Assembly: GCA_031459715.1 (NCBI GenBank)
Contig: JAVKIA010000004.1
Span: forward strand, 2,755 to 66,754
Direction of reading: 5' to 3'
DNA length: 64,000 nucleotides
Source of the DNA: Candidatus Humicultor tengchongensis
GTDB lineage: Bacteria; Sysuimicrobiota; Sysuimicrobiia; Sysuimicrobiales; Humicultoraceae
Shown: piece after piece, positions 9,077 through 18,430 of the stretch
Layout: each line of letters begins with the position of its first letter
Position numbering within the stretch: the first letter of the stretch is position 1
Notes under the pieces: generated by a model
The model's input: the letters and a program-made list of their open reading frames with translations, nothing else
Databases searched by the model: none
Told to the model about the DNA's origin: nothing
Translations under genes and position numbers: made by a program

Positions 9077-9913
9077 TCACTCGGCGCCCGACGCCCAGCG
9101 AACCACGCCGCGCGGCCGCTCGCGGGCGGCGCGGAGGAAGGCCACCAGCTCCCCCACCAGCGGGTGATCGCCCAGCTCGGCCTGCAACCGCTCCAGCGCC
9201 TGACCCAATCCCAGCGCGGACTGGTACAGGATGCGAAATGCCCGGCGCAGCACGGCGCGGTCGCCCGCACTGATTCCCTGCCGCTGCAGGCCGACGCGGT
9301 TCAGACTGCGGCAGCGCGCGGGACGCCCTTCCGCCAGCATGAACGGCGGGCAGTCCTGGCGCAGCAGGCTGAATCCGCCGATCATGGCCAGGCGGCCGAT
9401 GTGCACGAACTGGTGGATCCCGGTCATCCCGCCGATGTACGCGCCGTCGTCCACCTGCACGTGCCCGGCCATCTGCACGCCGTTGACCACCACAACCCGA
9501 TCCCCCAGACGGCAGTTGTGCCCGATGTGGGCGGAGCACATGATGAGGCACTCGTTGCCCACCACGGTGGCCGCACCCTCCCCGGTGGCCCGGCTGATGT
9601 TCACGTACTCCCGGATGCGGTTGCGGTCGCCGATCACCAGGTAGCTGCGCTCGCCCTGGAAGTGCCGGTCCTGCGGAATGGTGCCCAGGGTGGCACCGCT
9701 GGAGATCTCGTTGTCCATCCCGATGCGCACCCCGTCCTCGATGACCACGTGGGGGCCGATGCGGGTCCCCGGGCCGACGACCACGTCGCTGCCGACCACG
9801 GCGTAGGGCCCTACCACCACGCCGGGGTGCAGGCGGGCGCCGGGATGGACCACGGCGGTCGGGTGCACCTCCACCGAGTCCCGAGCATGATCCCTTCCCC
9901 GGGGGGTGCTCAT
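9077..9913 (-). CDS. lpxA: UDP-N-acetylglucosamine O-acyltransferase LpxA
   Basis: 278 aa with left-handed beta-helix hexapeptide repeats ([26 protein letters not shown]…) and an LpxA-like C-terminal helical domain. Confidence 0.85.
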   Translation of the reverse strand: MSTPRGRDHARDSVEVHPTAVVHPGARLHPGVVVGPYAVVGSDVVVGPGTRIGPHVVIEDGVRIGMDNEISSGATLGTIPQDRHFQGERSYLVIGDRNRIREYVNISRATGEGAATVVGNECLIMCSAHIGHNCRLGDRVVVVNGVQMAGHVQVDDGAYIGGMTGIHQFVHIGRLAMIGGFSLLRQDCPPFMLAEGRPARCRSLNRVGLQRQGISAGDRAVLRRAFRILYQSALGLGQALERLQAELGDHPLVGELVAFLRAARERPRGVVRWASGAE

Positions 9914-9929
9914 AGTGAGTGCAACCCCA

Positions 9930-10829
9930 TCACCGCGCCTCCCCCGGCCGTGGCCCCAGCGGCGAGGCCTCTACGGCGAACACGCTGATCCCCGCCTCCT
10001 CCGCACGGGCGGCCAGCCGCAGCCGCTCCAGGACGATGGTGCGGAAGGCCTCCACCGCCAGCACCCGTGCCCGTCCCGCCCGCATCACCTCCACGGTTTC
10101 CGGACCCACGGTGGGAAGATCGAAGCGGGGGTCTTGCTGCGGCCGGCTCACCTTCACCACTACTGCGCCCGGTGCCATGGCCGTGCCCCGCCGGATGGCG
10201 GCATCGGTCCCCTCCGCCGCCTCCACGGCCAGGATCGCCCCGTGCTTGAGAACCACGGTCTGGCCCACTTCGTGGGCCGCCAGTGCACGGCCCACGGCCA
10301 GGCCGATGCGCACGTCGCGCTCTTCCGCAGGGCTAAGTGGGGTGCCGGCCAGCAGCCCGGGCGGGGCCACAAGGTCGGGGACGTAGGCGAGCTGGTCCAG
10401 GACGCGGATCCCCTGCGCGGCCAGGCGGCGGGCCAGGGCGTCCAGGATCTGCTGGTCACCCCGTTCCGGCAGTCGCTCCAGGAACCCGCGCAGGTCGGAC
10501 CCGGAGGCGAGCAGCCGCGCCACCATCTCTCCGCGGCGAAACCGCCCGGCCAGCAGTACCTCGCGCACTGCATGCCGGTGCCACAGGGCCTCCAGCTCCT
10601 CCCACTGCTCCGGGGCCAGCCTGGCGAAGACGTGGGCCAGGTGCTCCAGAGCCGGAGTCTCCCCCGCCATCTGCACGCAGACGAGGCGGCGGCCCCGCGC
10701 CCGCACCGCCCTGGCCAGCACCTCTGGCAGGCGCCCCTCGCCCGCCAGCAGTCCCACGGCACCGCGCAGTGCCTCCCCACCGCCTGGGGCGGCCCTGGGG
10801 AATCGTCTCTGGGGCCGGGCCGCGGTCAC
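9930..10829 (-). CDS. lpxI: UDP-2,3-diacylglucosamine hydrolase LpxI (DUF1009)
   Basis: DUF1009/LpxI-like core ([27 protein letters not shown]…[25 protein letters not shown]). The start GTG at 10829 overlaps the fabZ stop in a GTGA overlap that I checked in the DNA. The 397-aa track ORF is an N-terminally over-extended artefact. Confidence 0.7.
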   Translation of the reverse strand: MTAARPQRRFPRAAPGGGEALRGAVGLLAGEGRLPEVLARAVRARGRRLVCVQMAGETPALEHLAHVFARLAPEQWEELEALWHRHAVREVLLAGRFRRGEMVARLLASGSDLRGFLERLPERGDQQILDALARRLAAQGIRVLDQLAYVPDLVAPPGLLAGTPLSPAEERDVRIGLAVGRALAAHEVGQTVVLKHGAILAVEAAEGTDAAIRRGTAMAPGAVVVKVSRPQQDPRFDLPTVGPETVEVMRAGRARVLAVEAFRTIVLERLRLAARAEEAGISVFAVEASPLGPRPGEAR

Positions 10830-11332
10830 CTCTCGCCGACCAGCGGCTCCGCGGAGGGTGCGGGCGCCACCTGTTCCTCCGGCAGGAGGGCAGTCGCCGT
10901 CTCTTCCCGGGGAAGGGCAAACGCGATCTCCGCTTCTGCCGCCACCTCCTCCCCCACCCGGGCCACTCCCCAGACCTTTCCCAGCCGCCCGCGCAGGGCC
11001 CGCACCTCCACCTCGATGCGCAGGGTGTCGCCGGGTACCACCGGGCGGCGGAAACGACAGCGGTCGATCCCGGCCAGGTAGGCCAGGTGCCCGCGCAGGC
11101 GGGGGACGTTGAGGATCAGGCACGCCGCCACCTGGGCCATCGCCTCCACCACCAGCACCCCCGGCATAACCGGATAGCCCGGGATGTGACCGGCGAAGAA
11201 GGGTTCGTTGACGGTCACGTTCTTGATGCCGACGATGCGCCGCTCCTCCATCTCCACGATCCGGTCCACGAGGAGAAAGGGGTAGCGGTGGGGCAGGATG
11301 GCAAGGATCTGCTCAAGGCTCAGTGCGGGCAT
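10826..11332 (-). CDS. fabZ: 3-hydroxyacyl-ACP dehydratase FabZ
   Basis: From the ATG at 11332: [60 protein letters not shown]…, the canonical FabZ hot-dog fold. 20-nt overlap with the lpxC 3' end. Confidence 0.9.
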   Translation of the reverse strand: MPALSLEQILAILPHRYPFLLVDRIVEMEERRIVGIKNVTVNEPFFAGHIPGYPVMPGVLVVEAMAQVAACLILNVPRLRGHLAYLAGIDRCRFRRPVVPGDTLRIEVEVRALRGRLGKVWGVARVGEEVAAEAEIAFALPREETATALLPEEQVAPAPSAEPLVGER

Positions 11333-12149
11333 TTCTCTCCCCCCAGCGGCGCGCAATCTCCCGGGCCAGGGCCACGTGCAAGGCGTGGCCTCCGCGGACG
11401 ACCTCCACGTATCCATGCAGGCGAGCACCCAGCAGGGCCAGGTCCCCCAGCAGGTCGAGGATCTTGTGCCGGACCGGCTCGTCGGCGAACCGGGGCGGGT
11501 TCAGGTAGCCGCCCGCGGCAATGACCAGGACGTTCCCCGGCCCGGCCCCCCGAGCCAGTCCCGCGGCGCGCAGCGTCGCGGCTTCGTCAACAAATCCCCA
11601 GGTCCGCGCCGGAGCAATCGCGGTGGCGAACACCGAGAGGTCGGCGGTGGCCACCTGACGGCCCAGGGGCGGCGGCAGGTCCACGATGTAGCGGACGCGG
11701 AGCTCGCCGCCCGCCCGGGTGACGGCGCGGGCATCCCCGACCGTCACCTCCACCTCGCCGAGTTCGATCACCCGGGCAGGCTCTTCCTGCTCCACGATGC
11801 CGGCCCCGGCCAGCGCCTCCACGTACCCGGCCGCGCTGCCGTCGAGGGCAGGCAGCTCCGGCCCTTCCACCTCCACCTGCAGGTTGTCGATGCAAAGACC
11901 CGCCGCCGCCGCCAGCAGGTGCTCCACGGAGGCCACGGTCACGCCGTCTCCCAGGGTGACCCCGCGGCGCGTGCTGCGCACGTTCTCCAGTGTCGCCCGA
12001 AGGGCGCCAGGGCCGAGGTCGCAGCGGGAGAAGATGACACCCGCACCGGGAGGCGCGCCCAGAAGGCGCACGCGTACCGCCGCGCCGCTGTGTACCCCCA
12101 CGCCACTTAGGGAGACGGCTCTAGTGATGGTGCGCTGGCGGATGGGCAT
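11313..12149 (-). CDS. lpxC: UDP-3-O-acyl-N-acetylglucosamine deacetylase LpxC
   Basis: From the ATG at 12149: [29 protein letters not shown]…, with LpxC motifs (…[18 protein letters not shown]…, …[14 protein letters not shown]…). Confidence 0.85.
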   Translation of the reverse strand: MPIRQRTITRAVSLSGVGVHSGAAVRVRLLGAPPGAGVIFSRCDLGPGALRATLENVRSTRRGVTLGDGVTVASVEHLLAAAAGLCIDNLQVEVEGPELPALDGSAAGYVEALAGAGIVEQEEPARVIELGEVEVTVGDARAVTRAGGELRVRYIVDLPPPLGRQVATADLSVFATAIAPARTWGFVDEAATLRAAGLARGAGPGNVLVIAAGGYLNPPRFADEPVRHKILDLLGDLALLGARLHGYVEVVRGGHALHVALAREIARRWGERNARTEP

Positions 12150-12165
12150 CCTCCCCCGGGCGATG

Positions 12166-13968
12166 CTACTCCTTCGGTCGCAGCAGGAGGCGCACAGGGT
12201 AATAGGAGCCGGCCGCGGGCATGGTAACGACGCCGACCTGCACGCTCTGCCCAGCCGGCACGGTGAGGGTACCAAGGACGCGCTCCTCGCCCGGCCGGTA
12301 GATGGCGATCTCCACCGGGCGGCCATCCACCAGGAAGGTTCCGCGCGCCGGACCGCCGGCGGCGACGGCCACCAGCTCCGCCTGCACCTCGGTCGGCCCG
12401 CCGGCCACTGTGAGCAGCAGGCGGTAGACGACGCCGTAGTCTCCCACCAGCGGCTCGGCCGTGCGCACGTCCTGCAGTCCGGCCGCCGCCCCCAGGTCCA
12501 CCAGGGGCACCGGCCCGCCCAGCTCCACCCGTCGATGGACGGTCACCGTGGGCAAGGGGAAGACGCCCCGGGGATGGGGGTAGGCCACCTGGTACACGGG
12601 CAGGGGGACCGTGCCCTCCAGCAGCCAGGGGAGGCGGACTTGCACCCGGACCTCGAGCTCCTCTCCCCGCAGCAACTGGAGCTGCAGGATACCCGAGACC
12701 AGCTGCCGGGGAGCCATCGTCTGGACGGTGAAGGCATAGGCGGAGTTTGGCGGAACCTCCAGCACGTAGCCCCGGCCGGCAGCCAGGTTCCGCAGGAAGC
12801 GCGCCGCGGCGGCATGCCCCACAAACAGAGAATCGGGGGAGGGACCGGCCAGGCCACTGATCAGCAGCATCTCTGAGGGCTGCGTGCTGCGGTTCCACAG
12901 CATAACGGAGAGGATGCGAGGGCACGCCGGGGTCCCGTTCATGTGGTGGTAGAGCAGGCGGATCGGGTGGCGCGCGTCTACCGCTTCGGAGAAGAGGATC
13001 CCGTCGGCGTCCACGACCTCGGGTCGGTTGCTCACTAACAGCAGTGCCGGATCCGCCACCTGCACCCGTTCCCGCAGCACAACCACGCGCGCCACCCCGT
13101 CCACCGGCAGCGCATATGGGCTGCGTACCACCACCGGGACGGCCAGCTCCACCCGGTCGGCGTCCGCGGCCATCCCCTCCAGGGACGGGAAGGGACCCAC
13201 GGCCAGCGTGGCCCCGGGCCCCCGGCGCACCACCTGGTCGATGCGCCGCCGTACCGCCTCCCTGATCAGTGCCGCATCCGTCAGGTCGCCGCTGACCCGT
13301 ACCGTAACCTCCTCGGGGATGGTTCCGGCAAGCGGTCGCACCACCACCGGCAGCAAGACCCGCCCTCCTCCCACGGCCACCGGCACCACCGTGGAGCCCA
13401 CCGCACGGGCCTCCACCACCACAGTGCCTCCTTCCACCCGCACAGAAGCGATGCGCCGGTCGAAAGGCCCAAGCCTCACCGCTCCCGGGAGGAAGGCCTG
13501 GACGGAGACGCTTGCCCTCTCTCCGGGCGAAAGCCGCAGCAGCGGCGGAAACAGACGGACGGTGTTGCGGGCCAGGGCCTGCTGCAGCCGCGCCGCCCAC
13601 TGCGCGGCCAGCGCCTCCGGGGTGGTCCGGTTGAGCCGCGCCAGCTCTCCGTCGGCAGTGACCAGGTGCCGCTCGTTCACCAGCAGGTCCGCGGCTCCGG
13701 GACGGGGGCGCACGGCGACGGTGTATGGGCCCCCCGCCGCTACCAGCGCGCCGAGTCGGCGCACCACTTCCGCCGCCCGCAGCGCCGCCCCCGGCCCGCG
13801 CACCCGTAGCACCACCACCTCCTGCAGGACGACCGCCACCGCAGGCTCCGCACCGGTCTGCGGGAGCAGACGCACCGGAGCCTCCGCCCTCCCCCCGGCG
13901 GCGAGGAGGGTGAGGCTCACCGTGCAGGCCAGGAGGGTCGTCAGAGGCAGCCGCAGGGACAGCATCAC
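12166..13968 (-). CDS. Hypothetical secreted protein (600 aa) inserted between lpxD and lpxC
   Basis: N-terminal signal peptide ([30 protein letters not shown]), then a long beta-rich, Val/Arg/Pro-rich sequence with no motif I recognise. Its coordinate spans overlap lpxD by 4 nt upstream and leave 16 nt before lpxC downstream, so it appears to sit in the lpx operon. Confidence 0.6.
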   Translation of the reverse strand: MMLSLRLPLTTLLACTVSLTLLAAGGRAEAPVRLLPQTGAEPAVAVVLQEVVVLRVRGPGAALRAAEVVRRLGALVAAGGPYTVAVRPRPGAADLLVNERHLVTADGELARLNRTTPEALAAQWAARLQQALARNTVRLFPPLLRLSPGERASVSVQAFLPGAVRLGPFDRRIASVRVEGGTVVVEARAVGSTVVPVAVGGGRVLLPVVVRPLAGTIPEEVTVRVSGDLTDAALIREAVRRRIDQVVRRGPGATLAVGPFPSLEGMAADADRVELAVPVVVRSPYALPVDGVARVVVLRERVQVADPALLLVSNRPEVVDADGILFSEAVDARHPIRLLYHHMNGTPACPRILSVMLWNRSTQPSEMLLISGLAGPSPDSLFVGHAAAARFLRNLAAGRGYVLEVPPNSAYAFTVQTMAPRQLVSGILQLQLLRGEELEVRVQVRLPWLLEGTVPLPVYQVAYPHPRGVFPLPTVTVHRRVELGGPVPLVDLGAAAGLQDVRTAEPLVGDYGVVYRLLLTVAGGPTEVQAELVAVAAGGPARGTFLVDGRPVEIAIYRPGEERVLGTLTVPAGQSVQVGVVTMPAAGSYYPVRLLLRPKE

Positions 13969-15005
13969 CGCTTCGAGCGGGAGCGCGCGCGCCGGGTCGC
14001 CAGCTCAGCCAGGCGCCGTTGCAGCGCCTCAAATCCGGCGAAAAGCTCGGGCAGCCGCCGCAGGTATGCCTGCACCCGCAGCTCCTGCCGGTGCGGCCAG
14101 GCCGGGAAGCCGGAGACGACCTGCCGCGCGGGGATGTTCTTGGTCACCCCGGCCTGAGCCAGCACCGTGGCTCCGGCGCCGATGCGGGTGTGGTCCCGCA
14201 CTCCCACCTGCCCGGCCAGGACAGCGCCGTCCTCCACGGTCACGCTGCCGGCCAGGCCCACCTGGCCGGCGATCAGCACCCCGCGGCCGATGCGCACGTT
14301 GTGGGCCACCTGCACCAGGTTGTCGATCTTGGTGCGCGCCCCGATGCGCGTCTCCCCCAGGGTGCCCCGGTCCACCGCGGTGTTGGCTCCGATCTCCACG
14401 TCGTCCTCAATGACCACCCGGCCCAGGTGAGGGATCTTCACCGGCCCGCTCTCGCCCTGCGCATAGCCAAACCCGTCGCTACCCACCACCACCCCCGGGT
14501 GAAGGATGACGCGGTGGCCGAGGACGCAGCCGGCGCGCACGGTCACCTGGGGACCGAGGATACAGTCCTCCCCCACACGCGCGTCGCTCTCCACCACGGT
14601 TCCGGCCAGCAGCGCGCTGCGCGCCCCCACGCGCGCCCGATCGCCAAGCACCACGTGCGGCCCCACGTGCACGCCGTCCCCCAGGACGACATCGGTCCCC
14701 AGCACCGCGGTGGGATGGACTCCCGGAGGATAGGCAGGCGCGGGGGAGAAGAGGGCCAGCAGGCGGGCAAAGGCCAGGCGGGCGTTAGCCGCGCGGATCG
14801 CCGGCTTTCGCCCGGGAGGCAGCTCCGCAGGGAGGAGGACGGCGGCAGCGGCGCTGGCCTCGGCCGCGCGCAGGGCGTCGGCATCAGCGGCGTAGACGAT
14901 GGTCCCCGGGCTCGCCGCCTCGGGCTCCCCCACCCCGCTGATCTCCACGGCGGGGTCGCCGGCCAGAGTACCGCCCAGGTGAGTGGCCAGGTCGCCCAGT
15001 CTCAT
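13965..15005 (-). CDS. lpxD: UDP-3-O-acylglucosamine N-acyltransferase LpxD
   Basis: 346 aa with an N-terminal LpxD domain ([25 protein letters not shown]…) followed by extensive hexapeptide repeats. Confidence 0.85.
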   Translation of the reverse strand: MRLGDLATHLGGTLAGDPAVEISGVGEPEAASPGTIVYAADADALRAAEASAAAAVLLPAELPPGRKPAIRAANARLAFARLLALFSPAPAYPPGVHPTAVLGTDVVLGDGVHVGPHVVLGDRARVGARSALLAGTVVESDARVGEDCILGPQVTVRAGCVLGHRVILHPGVVVGSDGFGYAQGESGPVKIPHLGRVVIEDDVEIGANTAVDRGTLGETRIGARTKIDNLVQVAHNVRIGRGVLIAGQVGLAGSVTVEDGAVLAGQVGVRDHTRIGAGATVLAQAGVTKNIPARQVVSGFPAWPHRQELRVQAYLRRLPELFAGFEALQRRLAELATRRARSRSKR

Positions 15006-15011
15006 CGCCGG

Positions 15012-15449
15012 TCACCGCAGTCTGGCGATCACCTCTTCGGTGATGTCGACGGTACGGCCGGGGAGAGCGTACACCACGGGGCTCTTCACCAGCACGGCGC
15101 CCCGCAGCCCTCGCTCCCGAACTATCTGGCCCACCACGTCGCGGATCTCCTTGTTCAGCCGGTCCTCCAGCTCCCCCTTCAGCTGCGCCAGCTCCCGCAG
15201 GTACTGGTTGCGCCGCGCCTCCAGATCCGCGGGGGAGAGCTGCCCTGCTAGCAGCTGCAGATCCAGGGCCATGGCCTTCTCTCGCTCGTCCAGCTGTCGC
15301 TGGTAGGAGAGCGCCCGAACGCTCTCGTTGAGGATGCGGTTTGTGTCTACGAGGGCGAGCCTGCCCCCGCCGCAGGCAGCCAGCCCCACGGCGGCCGAAA
15401 GCAGGAGCACCATGGCCGTGACCATCGAGGTGCGGCGCCGCGCAGGCAC
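15012..15449 (-). CDS. OmpH/Skp-family periplasmic chaperone, possible lipoprotein
   Basis: 145 aa with a signal peptide and an LAAC lipobox-like motif, then an OmpH-like coiled coil (…NESVRALSYQRQLDEREKAMALDLQLLAGQL…). Confidence 0.65.
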   Translation of the reverse strand: MPARRRTSMVTAMVLLLSAAVGLAACGGGRLALVDTNRILNESVRALSYQRQLDEREKAMALDLQLLAGQLSPADLEARRNQYLRELAQLKGELEDRLNKEIRDVVGQIVRERGLRGAVLVKSPVVYALPGRTVDITEEVIARLR

Positions 15450-15453
15450 GGTC

Positions 15454-16563
15454 CTACCGCTTCAGCCGGGCGAGCACCTCGGTGGTGAGGTCCTCGCCCG
15501 TCAGGTTGCTCAGGTAGCGGGTCAGCACTACATCGAAGCCCCGGGCGGCAGCCAGGGCGGCCACCTCGATCTTCACGTCGGAGAGGATCACGTCCTCCAG
15601 GCGGGAGCGCTGCTCGGTGAGCGCCTGCCGCTCTGCCAGGAGCTGCTGCTCCCGCTCCCGCAGCCCCTCCGCATACCGGTTCTGGGCGGCGGCCAGCTGG
15701 CCTTCGGCCAGGCTGAGCAGGCGGCGACGGAAGGCCTCCAGCTGCGCCTCGAAGGCCCGCTGCCTGGCCGTCATCAGGCGTCGTGTCCCGGCCTCCAGCT
15801 CCTGCCTCTTTGCCTCCACCATCCGGGCGAACTCTCGCTCCGCCTCCCGCTGCGCCCTGGCCAGCCGGCCGTTGGCCTCGGCCACGCGGGCCTTCTCGAA
15901 GTCGCGCAGGATCACCTCCACCAGCTCAGCCCTGGCGCGGACCTTGGCATCCCGCTCTGTGAGCAGCCGGTCCAGCTCTTCCGTGAGCTGGCGCAGCTCC
16001 TCCTCCGAGGCCACGCCGATGACGGCCGCCTTCAGCCGCAGGTTGGCGATGGGGAAGCGGTACTCGTCCAGGACCTCGGCCTCATAGCGGCGCAGCTCGG
16101 CACGCAGCTCCGCCGCCCGGGCCTCCACCGCCTGTTTCAACTCCGCGTGTATCTGCGCGCGCAGCCGCTCCAGCTTCGCCGTCTGCTCCTCTCGCAGGGA
16201 AGCGGCGTAGCGCTCCAGGGCGGCCTCCTGCCGCTGCCGCAGGGAAGCCATCTCCGCCTGGAACTCCGCCTCCAGGCGCTTGGCCTGGGTGCGCAGCTGC
16301 GCCTCCAGGCGGTCCTGCAAAAGCGGCGGAGCCTGCGGCGGGACGGCGAGCTGCGCCTCCAGGTCGGCCAGCTTTGTATTCAGGGCGTCCAGCTCCGGCC
16401 AGCGTGGATGCGCCCGTGCCACCCGGTCCACGTCCACGACGCCCACACGCAGCCCCCCCCTGCCTGTGGGCGTCGGCTGCGGCCGGACCGCCGCGCCCTG
16501 AGGCCGACAGCCAGCCGCCCCCAGGAACGCCAGGAGCAGGAACACGGAGAGGCGCCGGAGCAT
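15454..16563 (-). CDS. Long OmpH/Skp-like coiled-coil periplasmic protein (369 aa)
   Basis: Signal peptide MLRRLSVFLLLAFLGAAGC, an OmpH-type N-terminus (VGVVDVDRVARAHPRWPELDALNTKLADLEAQ…) and about 250 aa of Arg/Glu/Ala/Leu-rich coiled coil, with a second OmpH-like C-terminal segment (…VKIEVAALAAARGFDVVLTRY…). Confidence 0.6.
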   Translation of the reverse strand: MLRRLSVFLLLAFLGAAGCRPQGAAVRPQPTPTGRGGLRVGVVDVDRVARAHPRWPELDALNTKLADLEAQLAVPPQAPPLLQDRLEAQLRTQAKRLEAEFQAEMASLRQRQEAALERYAASLREEQTAKLERLRAQIHAELKQAVEARAAELRAELRRYEAEVLDEYRFPIANLRLKAAVIGVASEEELRQLTEELDRLLTERDAKVRARAELVEVILRDFEKARVAEANGRLARAQREAEREFARMVEAKRQELEAGTRRLMTARQRAFEAQLEAFRRRLLSLAEGQLAAAQNRYAEGLREREQQLLAERQALTEQRSRLEDVILSDVKIEVAALAAARGFDVVLTRYLSNLTGEDLTTEVLARLKR

Positions 16564-16567
16564 GCGG

Positions 16568-17047
16568 CTACTTGCCCGCCACCTTCTGGATCACCTGATC
16601 GGTGAGATCCACCCCGCCGAAGAGCACCACCGAGCGCTCCAGGACAATGGCCACCCCCTGCGCCCTGGCTACCTCCTCGATCGCCGCGCGGATCTCCCGG
16701 TCCAGGCCACCGAACAGCTCCTGGCGCTTGGCCAGCACCTGCTGCTGCAGCTGCCGGTCCAGCAGCTGCCGCTGCTCCGCCGTCATCCCCTTGGATCGCT
16801 CCCGGAACTCCCGCTGCTTGGCCGCAAAGAACTCCTGCAGGGCGCGCTCGGAGGCCGCCCGCCGCGGGTGCGCGTCCAGCGCCCGCTGCATGTCCACGAT
16901 GCCGATGGCGAAGCTCTGGCCGAAGGCGGGCACTCCACCTCGGGACAGCGTCCACACCACGGCCGCGACCAGCAGCAGCACTCCCCCGCCGAGGGCGAAC
17001 CACCAGCTCCGCCGCAGCGTCCGTACGCCATCCAGCCGCGTCCTCAC
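16568..17047 (-). CDS. OmpH/Skp-family periplasmic chaperone
   Basis: 159 aa with an N-terminal TM/signal segment, then IGIVDMQRALDAHPRRAASERALQEF…KRQELFGGLDREIRAAIEEVARAQGVAIVLERS, an OmpH signature. Confidence 0.7.
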   Translation of the reverse strand: MRTRLDGVRTLRRSWWFALGGGVLLLVAAVVWTLSRGGVPAFGQSFAIGIVDMQRALDAHPRRAASERALQEFFAAKQREFRERSKGMTAEQRQLLDRQLQQQVLAKRQELFGGLDREIRAAIEEVARAQGVAIVLERSVVLFGGVDLTDQVIQKVAGK

Positions 17048-17128
17048 CTTTCTCCCTCCCTCCTGGGCCGCCGGTAACTACCGGCGGTCAAACACTCCAA
17101 TTGTAGCCGCCGTCAAGGCCGGCCGCAG

Positions 17129-18430
17129 CTACAGGTTGCTGATCAGGCGCACCCAGTACTCGCCCCCCGACCTGCCGACAATCTCGCCGGAGAGGAATTC
17201 GGTGAAGCGGTATCGCACGCTCCCCTCCACCTGCTGGGCCGGCAGCAGGTATGCCAGGCGCACGCTCACATCCGGCCCCACCCGGTAGGTGACGAACCCG
17301 GTGACCTCCCCGGTGTTCAGCGTATAGGCCGCCCCCAGGTCCCAGACCGCATCCGGCGCGTAGCGCAGCCCCAGGTCGTAGCGGGCGGAGAGGGTGTTGG
17401 GCAGCAGCCCCACCTCGGCGAACGTCTCCAGGCGGCCGAAGAGACGGCCGAGGTGGGCCCGCAGTTCCGGACCCGGGGCCCGCGTGCCCACGTTGAGCTG
17501 CGCCTCGACCCGCCCCAGCCAGAGGAGCGAATCGGCCACCACGGTCACATACGTCGTCTCCCCCACGGAGAGGACGGGCCGGGCCACGACGCGGTACTCG
17601 GCCGCAGGTGGATATGCCCGCAATCGCTCTGCCAAAAGCCGCTCCAGCGTTTCGCGCTGCCCCTGGACGAAGGCGACGGGCAGTCCGCGGATGGGCCCGG
17701 CCATGGACAGGACCGCCGGGGCGTGCTGCTCCAGCAGGAGGAACGGGATGGAGCTGGAGCGGAAGCGCACGCCGATGTCCCGCACCACGCGGCCATCGCG
17801 GGGCAGGAGGTCCACATCCACTCGGGCCACCCTCCCCGCCCGCACCCGCGCCGCTCCGCTGAACCCGGGCAACGCCTCCTCTACGGCGCGGCGGACCTCC
17901 TGGGCGACAAGCGGCCCGGCCCAGTCCAGGGACTGCACCGGCAGGCCCACGAGCATTGCCCGCACAGCCGACGCCACCGCCTGCTGCACCGGCTGCAGGA
18001 CCAGGGGGGCCACGGCGGAATCCACGTCGCTGTGCGGGAGGACCTCGACCTCGTGGACCAGCGGCGGTGCGGGGCGCAGGCGCACCGCCACCACGGCGGT
18101 GGGCCCCACCTCCACGCGGGCCTCGGCGACGGTGTAGCCGCCCACCACCCGGTCCACCACTGTGGTCAGCGTGGCCCGCAGCTGCGTCAGGCCCGGACGG
18201 AGCTGGTCCACCGGGCGGCCGACCAGCAACCGCTGCGCCACCGTCTCCACGGTGCTCTGCAGGCGGGCCTGAACCACGGGGGGGACGCCGCCGTCCACGG
18301 CCAGGTGCACTTCCACCGCCTCGACCACCGCGCCGCTGGCTGCGGCCCACGGGACCAGCAGCAGGAGCAGGGCCAGGCTGCAGACCGCTCGCCCGGCCGC
18401 GGCTAGAACGGGTGTCCCAGGTTGAGCCAC
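17129..18430 (-). CDS. Hypothetical secreted/envelope protein immediately downstream of bamA (start uncertain)
   Basis: This is the frame of the 473-aa track ORF 17129..18550, which gives a coherent protein (signal-like AAAGRAVCSLALLLLLVPWAAASG, then Val/Arg/Ala-rich repeats). The overlapping 527-aa ORF 17088..18671 in another frame is compositional junk. A candidate GTG start at 18430 lies 28 nt inside the bamA 3' end. No family assignment. Confidence 0.45.
   Translation of the reverse strand: MAQPGTPVLAAAGRAVCSLALLLLLVPWAAASGAVVEAVEVHLAVDGGVPPVVQARLQSTVETVAQRLLVGRPVDQLRPGLTQLRATLTTVVDRVVGGYTVAEARVEVGPTAVVAVRLRPAPPLVHEVEVLPHSDVDSAVAPLVLQPVQQAVASAVRAMLVGLPVQSLDWAGPLVAQEVRRAVEEALPGFSGAARVRAGRVARVDVDLLPRDGRVVRDIGVRFRSSSIPFLLLEQHAPAVLSMAGPIRGLPVAFVQGQRETLERLLAERLRAYPPAAEYRVVARPVLSVGETTYVTVVADSLLWLGRVEAQLNVGTRAPGPELRAHLGRLFGRLETFAEVGLLPNTLSARYDLGLRYAPDAVWDLGAAYTLNTGEVTGFVTYRVGPDVSVRLAYLLPAQQVEGSVRYRFTEFLSGEIVGRSGGEYWVRLISNL

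Noticed and set aside
15454-16563. The long coiled-coil OmpH-like protein considered as an OmpM/SLH-type OM tether
   Set aside because: No SLH motif (about 55 aa with conserved aromatic/Trp positions) or C-terminal beta-barrel is apparent. An OmpH-like N-terminus and coiled coil fit the Skp family better.
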